A DNA stretch of 20,000 nucleotides, taken from the NCBI GenBank assembly GCA_036172245.1, contig JAYWIR010000137.1:53296-73295 (forward strand), in the 5' to 3' direction. Under the pieces are notes generated by a model. That model worked only from the letters and a program-made list of their open reading frames with translations. It did not search any database and was not told the origin of the DNA. The DNA is from Raillietiella orientalis (lineage: Eukaryota). Positions 9,811 to 19,969 of this stretch are shown piece by piece; positions within the stretch are counted from its first letter, which is position 1, and every line of letters begins with the position of its first letter. A program made the translations under genes and the position numbers.

Positions 9811-10742
9811 TCACTCGTATGTCGTGTGTTCATCCTCACTGCCTAGCAGCGAACCAGCCACGCAGGAGAACTGGAACGAAGAACAGGGAACATGGGTATC
9901 CGAAGGAGGAAACGCAGCGTTTTCGAAAGGCACCACCACGGAGAGGGCGCACAGGCGAGGCGCACCTGCATCTCGCTCAGCGCACCACCGTCCGCCAGCA
10001 GCGCGCGGTAATCGAGCGGCAGCGCCTCCGCGCCGCCGTCTGGCTCTTGCGTACGGAACCTGAGGAAGCACCGCGCCACGAATTGGTGTTGTGCGGTACT
10101 CTTGGATGCCGCCAGAGGGAACCTCGTTCTTTCCCCTCACTCTGAGGGTCACCGGTTGTTCTCTCACCTGCCGGGTGCATCTTGCTCGTTCTCGCTCTGT
10201 TCGACGTCACCAAGCACCTGCGCGATGTTTTGAAGCCTGAAACAAGGTGCAGGAGGAGAGCGCAACATGGAAGGAGAGCACGCTAGCAGCGCCCGGCGAC
10301 TGGACTCACCGGAGCGGGCAGACGTCGAAGAGGCGGGCCTGCGTCAGTTCGCTAGCGATCTGAAAGGAAGGGAGAGGGACCGTGGGGCGGAGTAACAAAC
10401 ACAAGAGAGGATGCGCGGATGGCGGGCGAATGGAGGCTCACGCAGGGCACCGAGGAAAGAGGGCGAGCGCGAGTGGGAAGGCGCCCGAGCTGACTGCGAG
10501 AGCTAAGTAGGCGCTTTGCCTGCTACGCGTAAAGCGAACCGCCACCGCGGCATTACGTCTTTGGAAGGGGCTCGTTGGGCGGCCGGGCGCACAGCAGACT
10601 CGACGGACGGATGGATGGTCCGCCGGGCTTCGGAGGGATTTTGCCGCCACTCCTCTTTCTTGCAGTCGTTTACCTGCATGCTGCGATGCGTGTTCATCGA
10701 TCGGCGCGCAGACGTCCTTTGCTGGCAATGCCGGAGCGGCAT
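9811..10742 (-). CDS. Putative spliced gene or gene relic, unknown product (~139 aa, 6 exons)
   Basis: Exons 10742-10674, 10519-10442, 10359-10310, 10236-10168, 10059-9966 and 9870-9811. Five GT..CAG introns of 73-154 nt, several with clear pyrimidine tracts; the spliced frame stays open. First and last exons are least certain. Confidence 0.6.
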
Positions 10743-10771
10743 TGTCGTCAGCTGTTGGTGACGTCACGGCG

Positions 10772-12879
10772 TTTTTACCGGGATATGCCTGGGCATTTAT
10801 TTAAAAAAATAAAAATATATGTAATTTTCGGGTGAAGAACCTGATGCTTCAGCACAAAGCAGCCTGCTTCTTGCCGGTTCCAAACGGGCGAGTCCTTCCA
10901 ACGCGCGGGAACGGAAAGAAAAAAACGAAACAAACAAAAAATGTAAAAGTTGGAGAGAGTACTTATGTTTGGGGAGGGGGGGGCGGGAAGGGAATCACAT
11001 TGCACGCTTAAAGGTCCTCTTGATCCTGTTCAGGATCTTCACAAGCTGCGTCCGTTGTGCACCCATTTGTCTCCACCTGCAAATGTTTCTCACAAAAAGG
11101 CGAGTCCAATGTACAGCATTGCCGCAAGCTTGGCGCCTTCTTCTTGTCGCGTTACAAGCCGACACGATCCCTCTAATCCAGCAAAGAACTGCCACAGAAG
11201 CGGGAGGGGACAAGGCATCACGCAAGAAGAGTCGCCTAAAAACGTTTCTAGGGCCGCCTCCGCGAATGTCCAGGATTGCTGCAAGACGATCCCAGAGAGG
11301 GCGGAGAGCAATGCACTCAATAAGGAGGTGGGGGAATGTCTCTCTCACCCCGCACCGGTCGCACTGGGAATCCACAGCCCCCCGAGAGGAGTGAAAGAGG
11401 AGTACCTTGAAGGGTAAACCCCAATGTATCACGAGCAGCGCCACCTCCTGCCATTTCAGGGGGAGGGAGTCACTATTCCAAGACGCTGAAGGCCACTTCA
11501 TCTCCTCCGCAGATAGTCCGAGTAGCTCTCCCCAGCGTCGGATTCTGTTGGGCGGGACACTCGGCGTCGCAGCGTCCGCTAGCTGCCGAGATGTCCACGC
11601 CTTAATCTTTTGTGTCCTACTTTCCATGGTGCAGGACACGGTCCATTTCCCCTGCTCCTTGTTGTCTCTAGCGTTTTGTAGGAAGGGCAGCATAGGAGCA
11701 AGCGGGGTTATCAGGGCCCACAGAAGCTGATCGTGGGACTCCACGATCTCCTGTAGCGTCCAGCGGGCGTGCCTTTTCAGGCAAGTGTTTTTTGTGCCCG
11801 CCGGAACGTGAAGCTTTTTCCAAGTGGAGACTGTCTCGTGCAACCATGCCGAGTCGTTCCCTGGGACGCAGGAGATCCAGGTGTTCTTCCGAACCACAAC
11901 GGCCATGCGCGGCAGATGAAAGCCGGAGTGTGCTTGTCTGCGGTCGCGCGCCCAGAGAAACGAAGAAAGTCCGCCATATCCTGAGGCTCGCCGGGCCAGA
12001 AGTCGTGCTGGACCGCACCAAGGCGTGTCCCACAAATCCGCCGCAAGGGCGAGAGTCCTAAACTGAAATTGTACTTCCATGCGGTCCAGCGTAAGTAGGC
12101 CAAGTCCACCGTCCTTACGTGGAGCGCACAAGTCTTTAAGACGCACACGGGACCTCCCTTTGCCCCAAAAAACTGTCCTCAGGAGGCCCGCTGCTCGTTT
12201 TCGAATAAAATAAGGGGCGGGGCAAACAAAATTAGGGAGCGAAGGAAGGGGGCGCAAACGCGTTCCACACCGCGGCCCGTTCCTGCAAGTAGAACTTGCT
12301 TTCTTGGAACGGACCGATCGCCAACGCTGCGTTTTGAAGACGCTCGGACCAGGCTTCTGCTGCGCAGAAATCTCCCAACGGAACGCCAAGGTACTTGAAT
12401 CACCTGCCCGTGGGGATCCCCAAGCGGATCCAGTCCGACCGTCCAGCGCACGCCGAACCGACAAAGACCATGGACGACTTCGCCCTGTTCACCTTCAGGC
12501 CCTTCCCGCGGTGCAGCAACTCGAAGAAATCCTCGAGCGCACTCGCCGGGGTGGACCCGGGAAGCAGCAGCAGAAGATCGTCTGCATAGGCCGACACAGC
12601 AGGCGTGCCGGGCCACGAGCTCGGCAGGGTTGCCAGAGTTACCCTGTATGCCCTCAGCACCAACTCAATGTAGATGCTGAAGAGCAAGGGGCTCAGGCTG
12701 TCACCCTGCCGGATGCCGCGGCGCACTGGCGCGCCATACACGTGCCGGCCGCTGAAAACAATATTACTCAACGCGTTGCGCCAGCAGCAGCGCAGGTAGG
12801 ACTGGAGCACGGCCGGGAAACCCATTCGTTCCAGGAGCTCCAAAAGGAGTTCCTCGTCGACGTAGTCGAATGCTTTGCG
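10772..12879 (-). mobile_element. 3' half of element (RT from KAFD onward, C-terminal zinc motif, 3' UTR), interrupted by the 12880-19969 insertion
   Basis: RKAFDYVDEELLLELL, RQGDSLSPLLF, AYADD and CDRCGVRETFPHLLIEC; stop at 10995-10997; ends AATAAAtgcccaggcatatcccggTAAAAA. Confidence 0.93.
12866..12879 (+). repeat. Target-site duplication, left copy (TCGAATGCTTTGCG)
   Basis: Exact 14-bp direct repeat of 19970-19983. Confidence 0.95.
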
Positions 12880-12890
12880 TCGGCTAGAGA

Positions 12891-14320
12891 GGACGTGTTT
12901 CCTCGGTGCTCGTCGTGCAGAAAACCGTCCCTAGGTGTAGGCTTCGTGTGTGGTGGTGGTCGATCAGGCAGCAATGCCTGACGCGACCACCAGTACGTGT
13001 CAAAGGGCGGTGGCAACGTCGCCTCCTGAGGAAATGCAGTGCCAGGTGGCGGCGGCAACGTCGCCTCTAGAGAAGGTGGAGTGCCAGGGGGCGGCGGCAA
13101 CGTCGCCTTAAGTGGCGAAGGAGGTGGGGGCGTCTGCCCCCACAAAACCGGTGCCCGCTGCAGCGCGGGCGTGAAGCGCCGCCGTGTCGGCGCCATCGCC
13201 TGCAACCGCGGCGGAATTATCTGCCTTTGTGGAAGAGGGGTATAACCCATCACTTTTCTACAAGGTAGGAAATTTGTATTCTGCTGAGAGTGCGCGCGCC
13301 TTTTCGAAGGGGATGCGCGCTCTCGATGTTAAAGAAGAGGAGCTCTGCGCTATGACCATTCGTAGCGGGGGGCAGTACGTAGAGGTGATCTGCAAACATG
13401 CAGATCTGGCCCTACGTCTGCTTAAAACCCGTGTGGTTATGGGGACACGCAGGCTCCTTCCCATTACGGAGGACCACAGTATAATGGTCCACCTTTTAGG
13501 AGATACCGCGCTGATGCGGAAAGAACAGGTTTGCAACGCTTTGGAACAGTTCGGAACGGTCCACGCGCAGTGGACGAAAGTAAGTCCTTTCGAGGACTAC
13601 ACGGGGCTGCAACACGGCCTCACTGCTGCGCGCGTGACCGTTCGGGAGGGCTGCACTCTTCCCCACAAACTGGTGGTTGGCGGAGAAAGCGTCGACCTCT
13701 GTTACGTGGTTAAACCCAAATACTTTGCCTTCTACAACACGTCGGGACACCTCAAAAGGAGGTGCCTCAACGTATGGTGCCAGGTATGCGGGACAATGAA
13801 CCACACGAGAAAAGTGTGCCCACAATCCGCTGTGCGAGTGGTTTCCGCGATGAACCTAAAAAAACGCGCGCCTGCTACACCAAAGGCTGGCGGCGAAGGC
13901 TGCCGCTCCAGCTGTGCCACCCACGCCCGTGATCCAGGCCGCAGCCGACACCCCGACAACGAATGCCGAAAACATCGACAACAGCGATCAGGTGCCGGAA
14001 TGGCAAGAAGCCAGAGCGGAAAACAAAAAGTCGAAGAAAGAACGACGAATTGAAAAAAAGCTCGCCTACCAAAATAAAAAACAGCAGGTTAGCGAGAATT
14101 TAAAAGAATGCAGCGTCGTCGTGGAACGCGTTCCCGCCCAACGCCGCAAAGTAGAAATCGCTGCTACCGACGAGCAACCCACTCTTGAAAATGTCAACAG
14201 CGTGAGGAGAGAACCGACGGAAGCGTCCGTCATCGAGATCGTGATCGATGACGCCGCCTTCGAGCGTGCGGCGGAGGAGCTGGCTGCATCGTTGGAGCCA
14301 GACCCCTCCACGGACAGTAG
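12891..14320 (+). mobile_element. 5' part of an element (5' UTR + truncated, degenerate ORF1)
   Basis: GGACGTGTTT at 12891, ATG at 12974, premature TAA at 13109, frameshift near 13900. First knuckle decayed, second CQVCGTMNHTRKVC. Ends after AAFERAAEELAASL. Confidence 0.9.
13006..13108 (+). repeat. 42-bp coding tandem repeat, ~2.5 copies
   Basis: GGCGG(T/C)GGCAACGTCGCCT at 13006, 13048 and 13090. Confidence 0.9.
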
Positions 14321-14408
14321 GAGGACGTGTTTTTCCTTCACTCCCCAAAGAGTAGTAGGAAAGCGCTTTTTCTTCTGTGTGGTGTTTTGTGTAAATCGTC
14401 GGTGTCCA

Positions 14409-16160
14409 ATGGCCACGACGCCAGAGGACACCGCGATCGAGGTGGGAGTGGGGGAGGCTAGTTCGCCCCCACAGCCTACTGGAGCAGGGGCAGCCGCCCT
14501 GGAATCATCCCCGGCCACGCCGAGGACATGGAGCGCCATGGTGGCCGCGCCCAGCGCAGAAGCCATGGCGGAGATGGCCGCATACAAGGCCTCCGGGTAC
14601 AAGCCATCGCTTGTCTACCAGGTAGGCAACTTGTTCGACGGCCGGACAGCGCGCGCCTTCAGCAAAGCGTTGAAGGACGCGAATGTTACAGAGAAGGATC
14701 TGGACGGCCTCTCCGTCCTCAGCGGCGGGCAGCGGGTCGAGGTGGTCTGCAAAGATGTCACCTTGGCTCACCGCCTAATCCATGCGCCGCTTAACGTAGA
14801 CGGCCGCAAGATCCTGCCAGTATCCATGGACCGCTCCGTGGTGGTCCAAATGACTGGCATCACCAGCCACATGACGCGGTCAGCGGTTGGTGAGGAATTG
14901 AGAAAGTACGGTGAGGTGCACGCACTGTGGCCGAAACCCTCCATTTTCGACGGCTTCGATAGCCTTTTTGGTGGGCAGGCTGCAGCGCGGGTCACCGTAC
15001 GGGAGAATTGTAGGCTTCCCCACAAACTACAGGTGGCGCAAGAAAACGTCGACCTGTGGTATGTAGGGAAGCCCCGGTATTCCGGGCATTGTGATACCGT
15101 GGGACACCTACCTAAAAGGTGTCCCAATATACAATGCCATTTGTGCGGGGAGCGGGGCCACGTTCGGCGCGTGTGTCCCAAACGCCCCACCCCGGTTCCC
15201 CCTGCCGCGAAAAAAGCGCAGGGGAAACGTGCTTTAAAGGTCTCTAGACCTAAAGTAGAAAAGGGCCAGCACAAGCTGCCAACACCTCAACCTCCGGAGC
15301 GTAAGCCGGAGGATAAACCTTCTGAAACGGTGGAAGGCGAAGAGGGATGGCAGCTTGTAGAGGCCAGAAAGCCGAGGAAACTCCCACCCGCGGAGAGCAA
15401 AGAGCGCAAGACGGCCGGTAAGCCGAAGAAACCCGGTCCGCGCTCGAAAACTTTGCGCGAGTGCACGGTAGCACTGGAACGAATCGTCGTTCCCGAGATT
15501 GCCACCCGGAGCGTCGATCCTCCCCTTGCCGTTTCCGCTGCGCCCGAGGCTCGCGACGGCGAACCCTCTGTTTACACAGAGGGTGAGCCGCGCGACATAG
15601 CGGCGGTCGAAGCCGCGGACGCCGCATTCGCGCAGGCGGCGGAGGAGCTCGCGGTCACGCTGGCCGAGCGTGAGAACCCCTCGCGCAAGGCCGTGCGAAG
15701 GCCGGCTCTGGCTAAGAAGGCCCCCACAGGTGAGTTAGACCTGGAGGCCGGAAGCACATCCTCCTCCTCGGAGGCACCCCCCAGGAAGTCGGGACGCAAG
15801 TCCCAGAAGCCCAGGAGGCGCCTCCCCTCCACCAGCGAGGAGGAGAAGACGGAAGCCGTCGCCAGCGTGGGAAATTCGGAGGAGGAATTCCCACGCTCGG
15901 AAGCCGTCGATCCGGCCACCCCCATGGAGGAGAGTGAACAGGGGGGTGAAGTCCCCCCTGCAGGCGCCAACCCTGAACAGCCCGCCCCCATGGAGGAGAG
16001 CGAACAGGTAGGCGCGACTCCACCTGCGGGTGATCCGGCCGACGCGCGGGCACCGATGGAGAAGGGGGACCAGGTGCCTTCAGCACCTGACCCCCCTCCT
16101 CTACCTAGCGTCCCGCCCCAGCAGGTGGCGGACGCCGCACTGCCATCTTCCCAGGAGTAA
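14409..16160 (+). CDS. ORF1 protein, 583 aa (RRM-like region, 2 zinc knuckles, acidic/Pro-rich tail)
   Basis: Open frame from CGGTGTCCA-ATG. Knuckles are SGHCDTVGHLPKRC (first Cys mutated) and CHLCGERGHVRRVC. Confidence 0.9.
   Translation: MATTPEDTAIEVGVGEASSPPQPTGAGAAALESSPATPRTWSAMVAAPSAEAMAEMAAYKASGYKPSLVYQVGNLFDGRTARAFSKALKDANVTEKDLDGLSVLSGGQRVEVVCKDVTLAHRLIHAPLNVDGRKILPVSMDRSVVVQMTGITSHMTRSAVGEELRKYGEVHALWPKPSIFDGFDSLFGGQAAARVTVRENCRLPHKLQVAQENVDLWYVGKPRYSGHCDTVGHLPKRCPNIQCHLCGERGHVRRVCPKRPTPVPPAAKKAQGKRALKVSRPKVEKGQHKLPTPQPPERKPEDKPSETVEGEEGWQLVEARKPRKLPPAESKERKTAGKPKKPGPRSKTLRECTVALERIVVPEIATRSVDPPLAVSAAPEARDGEPSVYTEGEPRDIAAVEAADAAFAQAAEELAVTLAERENPSRKAVRRPALAKKAPTGELDLEAGSTSSSSEAPPRKSGRKSQKPRRRLPSTSEEEKTEAVASVGNSEEEFPRSEAVDPATPMEESEQGGEVPPAGANPEQPAPMEESEQVGATPPAGDPADARAPMEKGDQVPSAPDPPPLPSVPPQQVADAALPSSQE
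15915..16075 (+). repeat. Three ~66-bp repeats (PMEESEQ) in ORF1 tail
   Basis: PMEESEQ / PMEESEQ / PMEKGDQ with 22-codon period. Confidence 0.8.
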
Positions 16161-19100
16161 CACCTGGGCTCGCCAGTCGTCGTCGGAATCGCGCGGCCTG
16201 TTGGAATGTCAACGGGCTGCGCGACGACGGTAACAGGCGAGATACAGCCGAAACACTGCGGGAGTTCGACCTGGCCCTGTTGCAGGAGATCCACGTGATT
16301 ACCGCGGCAGACGTCCAGGAGATGAAGACGATCGCAGGGGGTCGGCTGTACTGGCAATGCGGCATCCGCAACACCTGCGGGGTCGCGTTCTTCGTGAAGC
16401 CGGCCATCGACGCGGCCGTGAAGGGCGTGCGCTTCGATGACGAAGGTCGGGTCGGTCAGCTGATTCTCAGCTGGTCCGACTCGATCGAATTGATCGTCAC
16501 GAATGTGTACGCCCCCAGCGGTAAACAGGGATACAGCGACCGTACCAGGCTGCTGGAATCCCTGAAGCGCGACTGGCTGGCGAACACGTGCGTGCGGAAG
16601 GCTCACCTGATAGCGGGAGATATCAATCTCCGTCTGCTAACAGGTGAGCCAAAAACACAGGTGAACGCGATGAACGAGTTGTGCGCCGTCATGCGTGCAC
16701 GCAACTTGTTCGCGGGTGAGAGGGGAATGGTCCGCAGCATCGCCCACGTCTTCCTCGACGCTAACCTGTGTTCACGGGTCGGCAAACGTGGGATGGTTGC
16801 GTCAACGTTGTCGGACCATTTTCGGTTAATTTTCGAGATGCGCCCTCGCGACAAAGGACCGACATCCAGGGACTGGCGTCTGCCGGGGGACTGGACGCGA
16901 CTCTCAGGTGCGAAGGAACACCTTCGCGAATACCTGAGAGGCGTCACGCTCCGGAATCTCCAGGACTGGGACCTTTTGAAGGAATCGGTCCGGGAATTCT
17001 GCGAGCAGTTCCCCCTGGACCGCCTGCCCTTCGGATTTGGCGAGGGTCCTCGGAACCATCGGGCCTATTTACAGGCCCGTAGGTACGAGCGAACCCCTAA
17101 TGACCGACGCTTGGCCGAGTACCGCGCCGGGACCGAACGCCAAGCCTGGCAATCCGGGTCGGCCAGCTTGCTGGACGACCAGGGACGGGAATGTTCGTCC
17201 CCGGCGTCGGTACGGCATCTCGTGCGGAGTTATTATTCCTCCCTTTACGCCATGGCGCCCCCGGATCAAGACGCCTCTCGGCTCTAGCTTCCGGATGGTG
17301 CTGCGGCAATAGGGGAGGAGGAGTCGTTAAGCATCGATGAGCCTTTTACCACCGGCGAAATTCTCGCCGGTATCAAAAGGCTCAAGAGGCGGAAAGCTCC
17401 AGGGGAAGACGACTTGCCCGCGGAGTTCTATCAGAGCTTCGCGGAAGAGCTAGCACCCCTGCTGCTTCAGCTGACAAGGCTGTTTCGAGACGAAGGCCAT
17501 GTTCCCGCCTCGTTTCGGTCAGCCAGAGTGAGGCTCCTTCCGAAAGGGGGAGACCTTAGGAATTTGAACAACTGGCGTCCGATCACGATTGTGAATACGG
17601 ACGCCAAGTTGGTTGCCGGGCTATGGGCTTCGCGTCTGGGGCAGGTGGCAGAATCCATAATTAGCCCGGAGCAGACATATGCTGTTCCCGGGCGAAGTAT
17701 GGATGCCAACCTCTTCTTCGAGAGCACATGGATGCACGCGCAGAGGTGTCAAAAGGAAGGGAAACGAAAAATCGGCAACTCCACTTTGGGGCCGCCAGCA
17801 GAGCAGGGAATGGACTCTCGGGCGGGGAAGGGGGCCTTAGCGCTCGCAGTCGATCTCCATAAGGCGTTCGACTTCGTTGACCAGGGGCTTTTGTTGGAGC
17901 TCCTGGGTCGCATGGGCTTCCCACCCTCCTTGATCAAGTACCTGCGCTCCTGCTGGCGTCATGCCATAATTTCCATCTCTTTCAGCAGTCAGAAGGTGCA
18001 TGGCTTGCCGGTGCGGCGGGGCATCAGGCAGGAGATAGCCTGAGTCGCCTGCTATTCAGCACCTGCTTTGAGTTGGTGCTGAGAGCCTACAGGGTGACTT
18101 TTTCCTCCTTGCCGAGCTCGTGTCCCGGCACGCCCGCCGTAGCAGCCTATGCCGACGACCTTCTGCTCCTGTTACCTATGTCCACCCCGGCGAAGGCGGT
18201 CGGACACTTCTTCGATCTGCTCAGCCGTGGGACCGGACTGCAGGTCAACAGGGCGAAGTCGTCGGTGGTGCCAGTAGGTGCGGCGTGGGCAGGGCAGCAG
18301 GACTGGGTCCGTCTGGGGATCCCCACGGCGAGGTGCCTCAAGTACCTTGGTGTGCCGTTGGGTGACTACTCTCTAGCGGAAGCGTGGTCCAGCTGTCTTC
18401 AAAAAGTTGAGACGGTGATCGGCCCGTTCCTGGAAGGCAAGTTTCACTTGCCGGAACGGGCCGCGGTTTGGAACGCCTTCGCGGCCCCCCTCCTCCGCCC
18501 CATGCTTTTTGTTTGCCCCACCCCAAGAGTAGTTAAAAAGAAGACGAAGGACATCCTCCGCATCGCCCTTTGGGGCAACGGGAGGGCCCGAGTCCCTCTG
18601 AAGGACTTGTGCGCTCCGCGTCGGGACAGTGGTCTCGGCTTTCTGACATTGGAGCGGCTGGAGCTGAAGCTCCAGTTCGATTGTCGGCACTCGTTCCAGA
18701 GTTGTGGTGCACCTGTTGGTGCGTCCCTGCACGTCTCCTCCTTCAGCAAGCCACCGGCAAGATGGGACTTACGTCGTTTCCTGCACTCCATCGGAGCCGC
18801 ATCAACCGATGTGGGATTCAGCTACGTAGGGTGGTTGCGCTGGCGAGTAAAAATCACGGATGGATCACCTGTCTCCCCGCGAACGGTAGTGCCTGGTTGC
18901 AGGAAACCGTTCGCACGTGGGGACAGTTCGGCATGCAACCCTCACATCAGGAACGAAGGTTCCTGTTTGGGTGTTACAGAAGTTGCACGCTCCGTGAGAT
19001 CCTCAAGGATCCTAAGAAGAGAGCGTGGTCAGGAAGTACCCCCCTCGCTGCTACGCTGGACTCCCTAGTGGAATATCAGGACAGCGATGTTGCGGCGAAG

Positions 19101-19748
19101 TGGGAAGTTACAATAAAAATCTCCGGGAAGGAGAAGAAGCAGAGAGATTGGAATACGGGCCAGCTAACTGATGCTGCGACCCCGAGTACGCCTCCTAATG
19201 GACTTCTGCGCTGGGGAGAGCTGCAGGATGTTCCCATTGAACATCTGAATTGGCCCCCGATTCTTATGAACACTTCCATCCTCACCCTAAAATGGCAGGA
19301 GTCGGCATTCCTGTTGCAGCACTGGGGACTCCCCTGCAACGCCCGTCGACACCACTGGACCTGGGGAGCGGTGGATCCCAATTGTATAAGGTGCGGGGAA
19401 CGGGAGTCCCTCTCCCACCTCCTAGTGGATTGTGTTGCCCTTCAGCCCCTTTGGTTCCGCTTTGCCGCGGCCATCGGTATCCCTTGCAGTAACCCCAGGG
19501 ACGCAGTAAAAGCTTTCTTCGTTGCCGACGCCCTGCGGCCAGCGTCCTCGATAGCAGACTTGTGCCGCCTTCGTGGGATCGTCGCCGCCTGGAGCACGGC
19601 GACGGGAGGACCTAGCGATCAGGAAGCCATCCAGTGCGCCTCCGAATACCTGAGGAGGGCGTCGCGATGGCCTTACTTGGATGTTCACAACAAACAAGAG
19701 CTTGCCAGCAAACTGAGAGGGATGATACGGCCCCAGCAGCAACAGTGA
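16109..19748 (+). pseudogene. ORF2 (APE endonuclease - RT - zinc motif), with 1 stop (17285) and 2 frameshifts (~18031, ~18680)
   Basis: WNVNGL, LQEIH, NVYAP, GDIN and SDH (APE); KAPGEDD, NWRPIT, DLHKAFD, GIRQ, AYADD and KYLGV (RT); CIRCGERESLSHLLVDC. Confidence 0.95.
16150..16168 (+). promoter_or_regulatory. Putative ORF1/ORF2 translational-coupling stem-loop
   Basis: CCCAGG-AGTAACA-CCTGGG with the ORF1 TAA in the loop; identical at 7254-7236 (minus). Confidence 0.55.
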
Positions 19749-19938
19749 TCCCTTCCCGTTCTCTCCCACCCTTTGTTTTTTTTTTGTTCAGTTTTTTTTT
19801 GTTTTTCCCCTTTCCCCTGCTGCCTTGGTGGACCGCACCGGTCTAGAAACAGGTGGATTGGCAGGCGCCGTGGTTCTAAACTTCTGGCTGGAGCATTGCC
19901 ACAGCCATTAATAATTTGTTTACAAAGTTTATTTTTTT

Positions 19939-19969
19939 AATAAACAACCCGGAGAAATCCGGGTGAAAA
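19939..19969 (+). terminator. 3'-terminal signal: AATAAA + 7-bp GAAA-tetraloop hairpin + GAAAA
   Basis: ACCCGGA-GAAA-TCCGGGT at 19947-19964; variants at six other 3' ends. Confidence 0.75.

Larger units (their letters stand above)
14323..19969 (+). mobile_element. Full-length (~5.65 kb) L1/Tx1-like non-LTR retrotransposon, ORF2 disabled
   Basis: 5' motif, 86-nt UTR, ORF1, APE-RT-zinc-motif ORF2, ~220-nt 3' UTR and terminal hairpin + GAAAA. Clade assignment is by architecture only. Confidence 0.95.

Noticed and set aside
9798..9849. Possible plus-strand intron GTGAGT..TAGCAG
   Set aside because: Single isolated candidate overlapping the better-supported minus-strand model; cannot be supported.
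13006..13108. CRISPR-like repeat/spacer pattern
   Set aside because: Only three units, the spacers resemble each other, the period is a multiple of 3 within ORF1, and the context is eukaryotic with no cas genes.
13914..16160. 748-aa ORF as one protein
   Set aside because: Chance in-frame fusion of the upstream truncated ORF1, the second element's 5' UTR and ORF1. The conserved start context places the real ATG at 14409.
14323..19969. LTR retrotransposon, retron, group II intron or DGR interpretation
   Set aside because: No LTRs, protease, integrase or RNase H recognised; APE-RT order and TSD indicate a non-LTR element.
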